Positions 37,272-49,200 of a stretch of DNA of 64,000 bases are shown piece by piece. This DNA is from Vicugna vicugna (Eukaryota), in the NCBI GenBank assembly GCA_013265495.1, contig MU059881.1:1-64000 (forward strand), given 5' to 3'. The notes under the pieces were generated by a model, which saw only the letters and a program-made list of their open reading frames with translations, did no database searches and was not told where the DNA came from. The position numbers and the translations under genes are program-made. Positions within the stretch are counted from its first letter, which is position 1. Every line of letters begins with the position of its first letter.

Positions 37272-40200
37272 ATGTCGAGTTCCTCACCATTCAAGATGCG
37301 ATTAGTTCATCTGGACCTGAAAGGTGCTCCACCAAAGGTCTCCTACCTCTCGGAGGTAAGGGCTCCTTTTTTTCTCTAGAGAATCAATCACCTTCGCCTT
37401 GGGTTTGGTTTTTGAACAATGTTCTGTAAAAATGTGTGCTTAGAACACAACAGTGGGTTCTGGGTTGGGGCTCGGTGGTGACAGCAGCATAGATGTTGAA
37501 TTTCTTCCAAATCCGCTTTCAAAATAGACAGCAACCAGGAGAGCAAAAGGAAAAACAGAGAAGACAAAAGAAACCACAGCCTCTTTGTTATGAGCTGAAT
37601 CCTGTCTCACGGACAGTTTTTCTTAATTCTTAACCCCTCGGACTTGTGAATGTGACCTGATTTACCGATTGGGTCTTTGCAAGTGTTATCAACACAGGAG
37701 TAGGCGCCCTAATGCAAGAGTAGTGTCTACATAAGGAAACAGACAGTGATGTGAGACATGGGGGTGGGTGGCAGGGCAAGTGGGGCAGAGGCAGATTGGA
37801 AGCCCAAGGAGGAGGGCCAAGGGTGCTGGCATCTACCAGAAGCTGGAAGCAGCAGGAAGGATTCCCCCGACAGCCTTCTGAGAGAGCACGGCCCTGCTAA
37901 CACCTAGATTTGGGACTTCTGCCTCCAGAACTGTGGCAGAATAAACTCTTATCGTTTGAAGCCACCCGGATTGTGGTGATCTGTTCCAGCAGCTGTAGGA
38001 AACTCATGTACTCTAAAACAAATGTAGGTAACGGGATGACCCCACGAGTTCCAAAATGCAAGGGGATGGGGCCAAACCACAGACAGTATAACACTCATGT
38101 GGAACCAGAAGCCGGAGAGAGGTGGTGGAGGCAAGAGAAAGAGGAATTTCGATGCTGTCAAGACTGGAGGACCCAGAAAATAGCCCCACAGTAAGGGTCT
38201 GTCGAGATAAACTGGGGAAAGGCTTCACTGGCTCCAGGTCGAGGGCAAGTGCAGAAAGACTCAAAGGAGGGAGCTGGAGGCCCAAGGCCTCAGGGCTTGA
38301 AGAGATAAAAGTGTGTTAGGCAGAGAGGACCCAGCTTCCTTGTAACTGGAATCCCTGTTCCGTTACCTGCTGTGCTGATGGACCCCGAGACTTAGAGGTT
38401 CAGACAACAATGTTTACTCCTCCGTTCCCATGGGTTGGCTCGGTGGCTCTGGTCTGCCTTGGGCTCCCTGGGGGCTGCAGCCCCATGATGGTCCCAGGTG
38501 GCTTCAGCCCCCATCCGGCATCAGTGCTGACGGTCGGCTGGACACCATGGCCCTTCTCCACAGGGGTCTCGTCCTCTCGGAGGCCAGGTCACCAGGCAGT
38601 GCTTCGAGAGCCGGGGGCCAGACCTGCTAGCCTCCCGGGGGCCTGGAGTTGCTCCTGGTAAGAGGAGTCCACGGTCAGCCTAGATTCAAGGCTCAGGTAG
38701 ATGCACAGTGTTGTGGCCGTGTCTTCCGTGCCCAGCAGCCCTCCAGAGCGGAGACGCCACAGCTCAGAACACTGCACCGAGATCGAAGGATACCTGCACC
38801 TGCGTGTTGACTGGGCATACCCCGTGCCTGGAGGATTTACCTGCAGCGACTTACACCAGGGAATCGCTCAGGAAACGTACCAGACTTCAGAGAAAATGAA
38901 CGTGAGAAAGCCTTTGGGCACACAAGCAGCCCAAGTCATGCACAGGAAGAGAGTCAGGTTGCATCAGGTGGTTTTTTTCAGGCAAGAGGGTAGGATCTAC
39001 TGGTGGTCGTGAGTAAGGAGAGGGGACAGTGCCAAGGCTCTTGGGAGTCCAGGGGCCACGACTCGGGATGTATCCGACCCCACAGCCATCCGGGATGAGC
39101 TGCTTTTCTGCCACCACGTCTTCACGTTCATCTGCATTAAACTTGGTATGTCCCCACTTCCTGGAGCTCTGGGTCTAGGGAGAGGCAGGAAGAGCTGAGT
39201 CAGGAGGCCTGGGCATTGGGGCAAGGGAAGGCAAGCCCAAGGCTGCAGCACACTGACCTTGTGGCGGCCAGGGAACCTGAACTTGGCCCCGCATAGGGCC
39301 TCCATCACATGCTGCCTGTTCCGCAGCTGGTCCGGGTGGATGTGAGGCCTGGCCACCGTGCCCCGGGACTTTCCAGAGGCACCCATGTACCTGTCTGGAG
39401 CCTAGACTGGGGACAGCATGAGGTCAGACATGAATGTCCACAGTGAAGGGCCGTGTCCGGGTCCCTTAGGGTGGCCCATGCAGGTAGCAGGCTGCACATA
39501 CCACCGTGGAGGCTGCTGTTTGCAGACACTGCGCTCCAGGCCCCACGGAGAAAAGAGCATGGTGGGCTTAACTGGCTGCAAAGGATCAGATATTGTGACA
39601 GAAGATAAGGGTCAGGGTCAGGGTTAGGGTCGGGAGATGTATTTAAAATACTCAGAAAAATAAATAATGAATCAAGGATTTTGTATCCAGCCAAACTGAC
39701 CTCTAGGTATAAAGGCCACAGACCAACTATTACAAACATCCAAGAACCAAGCGAGCTTTCTGGGGAATAAGCTTCAGCTGCAGCATCAGGACAGGCGAAA
39801 TCAAGTGACTGCAGGGAGGAAGTCCTGTCAGGAGTTCCAGCTGGAGACACAGGAGGGGCGACGGCACTGGACGGTCTCCACCTGGCGACTCTTTGGCGCT
39901 GGCTGGGTAACAGTGGTCAGCGGTTGTAAAACCACTAGGGTCCAGGGTGGATCTGACTGAGGCCCCCTGAACCCACTGGTCAGCCCAACATCACTCCAGT
40001 GGGACAGCCAGACTTGAGTCTTCTAGAACCACCTGTGAGATATTGCCAAAAAAGGAAGCCAGACCCTTAGCACGCCTCCATCTCTGACCGCCTGCGTGCA
40101 CAGGAACGGCAGGCACACGGAGGGCTGTCTTGAGAATACTGCCCAGCAAAGCCACAGTTTAGGAACCTGTACAAAACAAATCACTTGGATTTATCAACAA

Positions 40201-43200
40201 ACACGTTGGGAAAAAAAAAGCACAGGGGTTGTTGAAAATCAAAAGACCCTTAAAAAGATCCATTCCGAAAAATGCAGCTTTGGACCTTGTCTGGATCGGG
40301 TTCAAACAAGCCGCCTGTGGAAAGATTCCACTGACAGGAAGATCTGGACCTGAGCGACACCAGGGAATTACTTGTCTGGGTGTCAGAGTGCTGTTGTGGT
40401 CGTGCCCTGTTTTGATAAGTCTTCATCAGAGATAAACAGGTGACCCTTGAACAACGTGGGAGTTAGGGGCTCTGACCCTCCACGCAGTTGAAATTGCCTG
40501 CAACCTGGAGCTGGTCCTCCGTAGCACAATTTGTCCACATCCACTGTTCCACAGTCACGGATCCAACCAGCCGCGGACCGTGCAGCACTGTAGTGCCTGT
40601 TCGGTGACAGAAGTCCGCGTATGGGTGGACTCATGAAGTTCAAACTTGTGTTGTTCAAGGGCCAACTGTGTACTGAACTGTTCATAGGTGAAAAAATACA
40701 CTGTCTGAGATTTGCTTTAAAATGTTCCATTCGCAGAGGAAAAGTGGAAATTAGGTGAAATGAAATTGGCACAGTGTTGAACCTGAATGCTGGAGGCGTG
40801 AGGGCTCGTGGTATAGCACTCCTGCATTTGTGCATTCGATAAAAACCTCCTCCGCCCCACTCCAGTGCCTGGATGCAGGAGAGGGACGTGTATCGGTGAC
40901 TCTCGGGCAGCTGGGACTCCCAGGTCCCTCCGGCTGAGCTTAGCAGCCTCTCAACCACCCATAGCACAAGCCCCCCCACAACAAACATCAAGGAGGCCGC
41001 CCTGTGGGCAGATGGCCCAGCAGCTGCGAGGGAAACAGAAGCAGAAACGCTGGGAAAAGTGTGAAAATGCTGTAACCGGCGTGTCTCATCTGTGCACACA
41101 TCCAGCCTGCGTCAGTGACTCCTTCCACGCTCCGTCCTACTTGTAGTTTTCAGTCAGTGTTGCTCACCCATTTCGTGAATTGCCAGCTGATCTCCCTGTC
41201 CACCCAGCATGGTTCAGAACGTCCCGCGTTCTTGGGGAGAGAAAGCTGAGACGGGGCAAAATCAACGAGGGCGCTGCGGTCATGCCAAGTCCACCACCGC
41301 CCTTGTCTGGAGGTGGCTGTGCTATTCTAAGTGTCTGCCGGGCGTCCCCTCCCTCAGTGCCACCCTGAACTTGGCGCCAGGCTGGAAGACAATCTCAGGG
41401 CTGTGCGCAGTAGTGTGAGCTAGTTCTGAAAATCCTGGAGAACAGGAATTCATGTCCTGTGAAGTAAAGGCAGAGAGAGAGGTGGGAGAACCGGGGAGGC
41501 CCCTGAGCCAGCAGGACCGCCTGTTTGCTCCCGCATCTCCCTCCTCTGTGGCTCCTCCCAGGCGCTCACCTCCAACTCTTCAGGCCCCCGAGGCCCCCCC
41601 AGCCCAGCCCCCAGCTCCCTGTGCTCTAGAAGCTCCCCACCCCCCCATGCTGCTCTCCTTGACGACGAGCCGTCTGTCCCTGCCCAGCCCGGCCACCAGG
41701 CAGCTGCGGCTCCGCAGCGCACTGTCTCCCTGCCCCTGCCGTGTCAAGTGAACACGTCACCGCGGTAGAGTTTGACTTGATGTAACTCAGAGTTCACGTT
41801 CCAGGTGACGAGTTTCCAGGGAAATACGGAGCTCTGCAGTCCCGGTCCACAAGCTGGAAGTCTGTGGCAGCACATGTGTCACTCCCCGTCCACGTCACTT
41901 CTTCACGGCATCCCCATCTCTCCCCAGATTTTCCCCCTGTTCCGGGCCCTGGGTGCAGACGGCCTCCTCATCGAATATGAAGACATGTTTCCCTACGAGG
42001 GCCCCCTTAGGTTGCTGCGGGCCGAGCACGCGTACAGGTACCCCGGCCACCTTGGCGGAGCCGGAGGGGTTTGCGGGGGGTGGGGGGGCAGGCAAGAGCT
42101 GAACCCAGGACACCCTCTCCGGTGTCTTCAAATGCACATCTTTAATCATCAGAGTAAAGCAACTTCACTGAAGGAATTTGGAACCATTTAAAAGAGAAAG
42201 AAAACGGAGGGGAGGGTGCAGCTCGGGGGTGGAGCGTGTGCTTAGCAGGCACGAGGTCCGAGGTCCTTGGTTCCATCCCCAGCACCTCAGTTAAAATAAA
42301 TAAATAAATCTACTTACTTCCCGTCCTCCAAAAAACAAAACAATAATAAATTAAAGAAACAGAAGAGAAGGGTCAGCTCTGGTTCCCCTCAAGGAAGCGC
42401 AGTAACCCATGCATCAGTCTCGTCTTTTGGTACGAAGTGTGTACAGAACACAGCCAGGGTCCCCGCGGCGGAAGGACTGCTCTTTAAGATCACGAGCGGG
42501 TCTTCATCAGGGAAGTGGAGAGTGGAGGGGAGTGGAGGGGGTCAGTGAGGTCAGGGTGGTCACCGGTGCACCCTGCCTGGCCTTAAAGTGATGGATGTCT
42601 CTATAAATCAGCAACAAATAGCCCGAAAGGAAAATGGGCAAAGAACATCTGATCCCAGAAAAGAAAGAAAAGTGGCCAATAATCCTATGATAGTAATAAA
42701 TAAAACAATGAAGTGCCATTCTGGCCACCAAACTGTGAAGCCTTTAGAAAAATTATAACGTTCCGTGCCCACGAGGGTGAGAAAAGGCAACCCTCTTGCT
42801 GGTGGCCTGGGGGGCGGTTTGACTCCGCGAGTGTGCGTGTGCACACGTGTGTTGTGCGTGTGTGGACGGGAAACGGGAATGGCGTGCACCAGAGCCGAGA
42901 TGCTGTGAGGTTGCCCGAGGTGTTGGTGTTTCTCCCTACAGTGAACAGGATTTGTTCCTTTGTTCCTTTAAGTGGCAAAGGTGGCAGGGTTCTGGGAAGT
43001 TAGAAAAAAGGTATATTTAAAGACAGAATTCTATGTTGCTGATACATTTATAGAACTGGTTAACTGTAGAGATGGTTCAAACACGTACAGAAACTGAGAT
43101 AAATTCACAAGTGACAACTCACGATGGAGCGGGCAGGGGCCCTTCTGGGGTGGCGTCCTCACTGGCCTTGGCGGGGAACGCCGGCCTGGAGGGCCCGCAG

Positions 43201-46200
43201 GTGCGCCACCAGCCACTTCCTCACAAGGGCTCACCCACCTGCAGGAGGGGAGCTGATGCCCAGCTCTTGAGCGTCTTCCGTCTCTCCTCTGTTAAAGGGC
43301 CGCCAGCTTTTCCTGGAAAGGGCCAGACGGTAGGCACTTCAGGCCGCGCGGCCCGCCTGGTCTGTGTTAGCACTGGGGTGGGGGGAGCAGTCACAGGAGA
43401 CGTGACGAGTGGCCGCGGCTGTCTCCCAATAAAGCCCTATTTGTGGATACTGAAGTGTGGATTCCACACAGTTTTCACACGTCACAAAATACTGCTTTTT
43501 AAATTTTTCTCAACAGTTTTAAAATGTAGAAACCATTCTTACATCATGGGCTGTACAGAGACAGGCGGTGACTTTGCTCTCAGGGCTGCCGCCCGCCCCC
43601 GCCCTAGAATATGATCCCTTGTGTGGCCCAGTTCCCTATAAAAGGACTTCAGCCTCTTGCAGAGTTTGGGACAGAATAGCTGGTAAAAAGCAAGCTCTGA
43701 ATTGGCGACATAGCAGAGCACCAACCTCCTGAATTCTAGGACGGGAGTCTTCCCTGAAAACCTGAGGGTACCTTTGGGCTTTTCAGAGTTAGTGCCCTGC
43801 TAGTTTCCTCTGTGGAGTCCCCAGGAGGCTGGCCAGGACGGGCCTGGGGACGTGAAAAGGAGCGGGCATGGTCTTTGTCTCCCAGCCCCTCGGAACTCAG
43901 AGAGATCCTGCGCCTGGCCGCGCTGAACGAGCTGGAGGTCGTCCCCTTGGTGCAGACGTTCGGACACATGGAGGTGAGTTGGAGGAACACAAGCCACCTG
44001 GTGCCGCGGCAAGGGGTTTGGGGTGCACCGGGGGTGCTGCTCAGCGCTGCAGAGAGGGGCTCTGCCCTGGGGACTGCAGGAGCATGGAGCTCCAGGTCAC
44101 AGCCCCCTCGGTCCAGGGGGCGGTAAGAGCTGGGGTGCCCCGGGCGCCCTGCATGGGGGCAGCTTTCCTTTATAACGTGTGTCCATCAAAATATTCCTGT
44201 GTGAGGTGAAACACAGCATTAAGAACACGTGCCTTCTGTCTTCTCTGTCTGCATCCTTTCTGACCTAACACTGAAAAAACCTTTCTGAGCTTCTACGTGA
44301 TCTTCAAAACGTTTCATGTCTGCCTCAAACAAGAAGCAGATTAAACCTCGTGTTGATTTACTGTCTGCCAGGTTCCGTCTTCCCTCCAGCAGCTACGCCA
44401 GCAGGTCTAGGCCGTCCTCCCCCTTCGTCTTCCCTCCAGCCACTCGCACCTTCTGTGCGTCGCCCCCTGATCTGGGACCCCTCCCACAGTCAACCCTCCA
44501 GCGTCCTGGTCACTCCCTGCTGTGCTCTCTGGGCTCCTGTCCTGACTCACCCTTGTCACTTGCCACCCTGGAGGAGGCGACCACATTCCCCTGGGGGTCT
44601 CTTCCGAGGCCACCAGAGTCCTCCGGGTCACTAAATCTGTGGTAGGTTTCAGTGTGCCCTTACTTGACTCTGGGCTCTTGGCATCACCGACAGCCCCCGT
44701 GGTCCCCGCTTCTGGGGATGCCCCAGCGTCTGCCTCGGACTGGGTGTCCGTGGTTCCTCCTGAGGACCCTCCCTCGCTTCACATTCTTCTCTGGACAGAG
44801 CCCCTCCCTCCTGCTTCCCTACGCTGTCCTCAGGCTTCCAGGAACCCCATCTCTCGTGCAGACCCTGGGCTCCAGTCCCTCATCTCCTCCTCCTCCTCCT
44901 CAGGGAGGGGCTGCGGCGCCCCAACCCCCCACCCACTGCCCTTCCCGTCCCTGTCAAGTCCTGCCTTCGCTCCTCCATCTCCCGCATCAGCAGCCCCTCT
45001 GTCCCGCTGTCACCGTCCTTGTGTGAGCCCCTGCCTGACCTACTGGGAAGCCCTCCCCCGGGGCTCCCAGCATCGCTCCATCTCCCAAGCCCTCCCCTGC
45101 CCAGGCACAGCCCGGCTGCACCAGGCTCTCCCGCTGCTGAGGCAGCTGTCTGCTCTTAGGGCGGGTCAGAGGACAACCGCCCAGGCAGCTTAAACCACAG
45201 AAGTGTGTTCTCTCATGGTCTGCAGGACAGAAGTCCAGAGTCAAGGTGTCAGCAGGGCCAGTCCTTCTGGAAGGGACTCGTGTGTTCACCTGGGCCGGCG
45301 CCTGGTCCTCTTGAGCAGTGAAGCGCTGTCTGAGTGTTCTGCCTGTTTCGCTTTCTGAAATGTCATGTGTTTTAAGCGATTTATGCATTCTGGATACAGG
45401 TCTTTTGTTAGATATGTGACTTGCAAATATTTTCTCCCAGTCTTCAGTTTGGCTTTTCATTCTCCTAACGTTGCATTTCAAAGAGCAGAAGCCTTGAACG
45501 GGATGAACTCCTGTGTGTCAGTCGTCTTTGACGAATCACGCCTTTGACGGCATTCCTAAGCTCCTTGCCGATCGCCAGGCCAGGGCCTTTCCCGTTCTCC
45601 TCTGACGTCTCACACCTGCACGTTTTCTGTTCAGCCTGTCAGTCCGTTTGGGCTTTTGGCTTGAGGTGGGGTTTCAGTTTCATTTTTCTTGCACATGGTG
45701 TGGAACCACTTGACCAGTGGGGCCAAAACCAGTTGTGGAAAAGACCATCCTTTCTTTGGAATTTGGAGTCGCCTTTGCACCTTTGTCAAAAACCTACTGA
45801 GCGCATTTGTGAGAATGTTCTAGACCCTGTCCTGCTCCGTGGAGCTGTGCGCTGTACCTTTGCCAATGGACCCCACGTTGTCTGGGTTAGTGTGGCTTCA
45901 CTGTGAGTCTTCAGCCCAGGGAGTGAGAGCCCCCAAACCTCTTCTTTTCCAGAATTCTCTTGGTTACTTCGGTCCCTCTGACTCTTCACATATAGTTTCG
46001 AATCACTTTGCATATCTATGAGAAAGCTTGCTGGGAGTTTGGGATTTTGTGAAATCGGTTGGTTTGAGGGGAAATTGCCTCTGCCATGTGGAGCCTTCCA
46101 GGCCGTGAATGAGTCGTGTCCGCTGTTGACTGTGTCCTCGGCGGCCGGCTCACGGCGCGTCCGGGTTTGGGTGTCTTTGCCTTTGTTCTGTGGGGTGTGA

Positions 46201-49200
46201 TGAGCTTCTCCACTCTGGGGAGGTTTGGGGCCATTTCCTCGCATTTTCTGTCCCCATCTCTCCTCCCGGGACTCCCTCTGCCCGTGTGCTGGTGGCTCCG
46301 TGTCGCCCCGGCGTCTCCGAAGCTCAGTTCCGCAGATGGAGTCATTTCTATTGACTTTTCGTGCCAGTCGCTGCCTCTCCTCTGACCTTTCAGATCTGCT
46401 GCTGAGCCAGTGAGCGGACTTTTCATTTCCCTCCTTGTAAACAGTTTCCTTTAATTCCAGGGACATGTTCATAGTAGTTTCTTTGAAACAATTGTCTGAT
46501 AAATCCAATGCCTGGGACTACCTAGCATCAGGTTCTACAGGCATGTCTTTTCTTTGGGTCTGGATCCCACCTCCCAGTTTATTTACACGTCTCAGAATTT
46601 TTGGTTGAAAACTGAATGTGTCAGACCCTGGGTTAAAGCAAATCTGACTGGTTCCCAGGGTTCCACTGCAGGGTCTGTCTCCCCAGCTGTGTGCGGCCAC
46701 TCATGCCTCTCTTGGCTCCTTGTTCTTACGTTTATTTTGAGCCTGGTACCCGGGGGTGGCCGCCAGGGCTCGCTGTGCCTGAGCCGTGGGGCCCCCCCTC
46801 GTGTCGCAGGGGCTGGGGCCGCACCCTGAGCGCAGCCGGTTCTCAGTCTGCCGCGGCCCCTGCGCTCCTCCCAGCCCTCCGCCCCCAGTGCCCCCGTGTG
46901 TGGCAGGAGAACACACATCACCTCTGCGGCCCCTGGGGGCCGGTTCACCCACAGCCAGCCCTGGGAGGGAGGGGCAGAGCTGCAGGATCTCTGCTCGCAC
47001 CCGAAGTTGCAGGCGGCTGTCATGAACAGACGGTTCCCAATGTGTTGCTCCCATTTGGTTGGTTTCTGGAGCCCTGAAGTGGTCGTTTTTGACCAACGGT
47101 TCCATTTTGTACTTGTCTTGGGGGAAGGATTTGCCAACCTCTTCACTGCAGCAGGAACCCCCCGACTTGTGATTCTGCTGTGAATAGAAACTGCCTTTGG
47201 TTTTCTCACGCAGCGCAGTTAGGACTGGAGGGAGGGAGGGCTATGCTCGGAGCCGCCCCCTCGGCCCCTGGGCCCGGTTCCCGCAGCACAGCCCCGCTGG
47301 GTACCCTGAGCAGACAGGGAGTCCAGACCCAGGGGCCCAGCAGGAGCTGGGCTGCGTCGCCGAGCGCTCTGCTCCTCTCTCCACAGTTTGTGCTGAAGCA
47401 CGAGGCTCTGGCTCACCTCCGCGAAGTGGCCCTCTTCCCCAACACCCTGAACCCCCACAAGGCCGAGTCCCTGGCACTGGTCGGGGCCATGATCGACCAG
47501 GTGATGGGGCTGCACCCGGGCGCGCGGTGGCTCCACATCGGCTGCGACGAGGTGGGTGCCCCGGCTCTGTGGCAGCCCCTCCTCTTCACTCCAGGGTCCC
47601 CTTCTCCCACCCAGTGGGTTCTTCTCGTAAATAGAAAAATAGTACCAAGGACAAAAGACAGGCTGGCAGAGAGATGTCCCCAGTGAGGGTCTTGGTCCCA
47701 GCTGACAGGTGACCGCTCAGGGAGACCCGTGGAGCCAAGTGGGGTGTAAGCTAGTGGGTCAGGTGAGGATGACTGTCCTGCCCACAAAGGGCCAGAGGGC
47801 AGCCCCTGCTCAGGGCAGGTTCACATCCTTGGGGCTGGTGTGGACATGCATTCGAGCCAGTTGCTCTTCCAGCTGAAGAAGTGTGGTTTTGGACGGCAGG
47901 AGAAGGGAAGTTAGGGCCACGGAGCACCAGCTGGAAAGGCAGCTCTGGGGTGCCCTCCTCCTGTCCTCAAGAAACTCGGGCCAGGAAGAGTCCAAGCTGC
48001 CAAGCTCGGTGACCCGCAGGCCTCTGCTTGTCTGAGCTCCGGGTATCTGAGCTGGGATGGTGGTCTGCGGACACTGGACCCCAGAGCTTGGTCCTCATCT
48101 TCAAAAAATCTTCTTATGTAGTAAAATACACAGAACATAGAATTTACCATTGTAACCACTTCAAAGCAAACCATCAGGTCACTTCTCAGTCCTTGGAGGT
48201 GCTTTGCCGCCAGCACCACCATCTGGTCCTGGGACCTTGCACCTCCCCATCCCGACCCTCCATCCCTGCACCCCTCGCCTCCTTTCTCTCAGCGGACCAG
48301 CCCCTCCCGGTCCTAGTGGAGCCCCCGGTTCTCCAGCTTCATCCGTGCTGTGGCTGAGTGACCTTCCAGCGTGGGGACGGGCCATCTTCTGTAGGTGGAC
48401 ATCTGGGCATTCCCACCTCCTGCCTGCTGACCACCGGCCCACAGGAAGTTGTGAGCAGAAGTTTGGGTCTCAGTGCAGAAGGCAGGCCCATCCTTGGCTG
48501 CCGCCTTCCACGGGCAGCTGCCCCCAGAGGCTCCCAGGTCACAGCATGATCCCTGGTCTCGCCTGAGTGCCCGTGGTGAGGATAGGGGATTGGGGGAACC
48601 CACCTGTATCTCCCTCCCAGGTCTACTACCTTGGCGAGGGCGAGACCTCGAGGCGCTGGCTGCAGCAGGAGCCCAACACCAAAGTGGAGCTGTGTCTGTC
48701 CCACATGGAGGCGGTGGCTGGCCACGTGCTGGCCCGGCACCCCACCACAACGCCCCTGGTGTGGGACGACATGCTACGGGACATCCCTGAGGACCAGCTC
48801 TCAGGTCAGCCGCAGGGGCAGGCCGCACTGAGCAGGGGGGCTTCCTGGGGCTGCGGGGGAAGGAAGCGGAGCTGCTCCAAGCCCGTGACACCATGGAGAA
48901 CCCCCATGGTGGGCCCACACCTGGGTTTCCCACTCCAGATGACCCCATTAGGTCCACATTCACGTGCTCCTCTCGTGAGAATGCCATTCCCCTGAAAGGT
49001 GCTGGAGAGTCTTTCGAGAGTACAGTTGTGATGGATCTGACCTGAAGGACAGCACGGGGCCCCAGGGGGCCTTGAGTGTCCAGCGCTCCTTGTGGCCTGG
49101 GCCCCACACGCCTGCATGGTCAGCCCTGCAGGGCCTTCTTCCAAGGTTCTCGCAGCTGATGGAGGGCAGTAGTGCCCCCCAGCCCCCTTGGCCCCCCAGG

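Noticed and set aside
39050-39401. Functional RPL10 or RPL10L paralog
   Set aside because: Only exons 6-7 are present, with a frameshifting deletion and a degraded stop region.
42209-42280. tRNA-like sequence
   Set aside because: Degenerate boxes, an internal duplication and an A-rich tail identify it as a SINE, not a tRNA gene.
45786-46508. 240-aa ORF with L1 ORF1- and ORF2-like pieces as a possible domesticated gene
   Set aside because: Highly degraded, deleted L1 remnant with no promoter, splice or poly(A) support.
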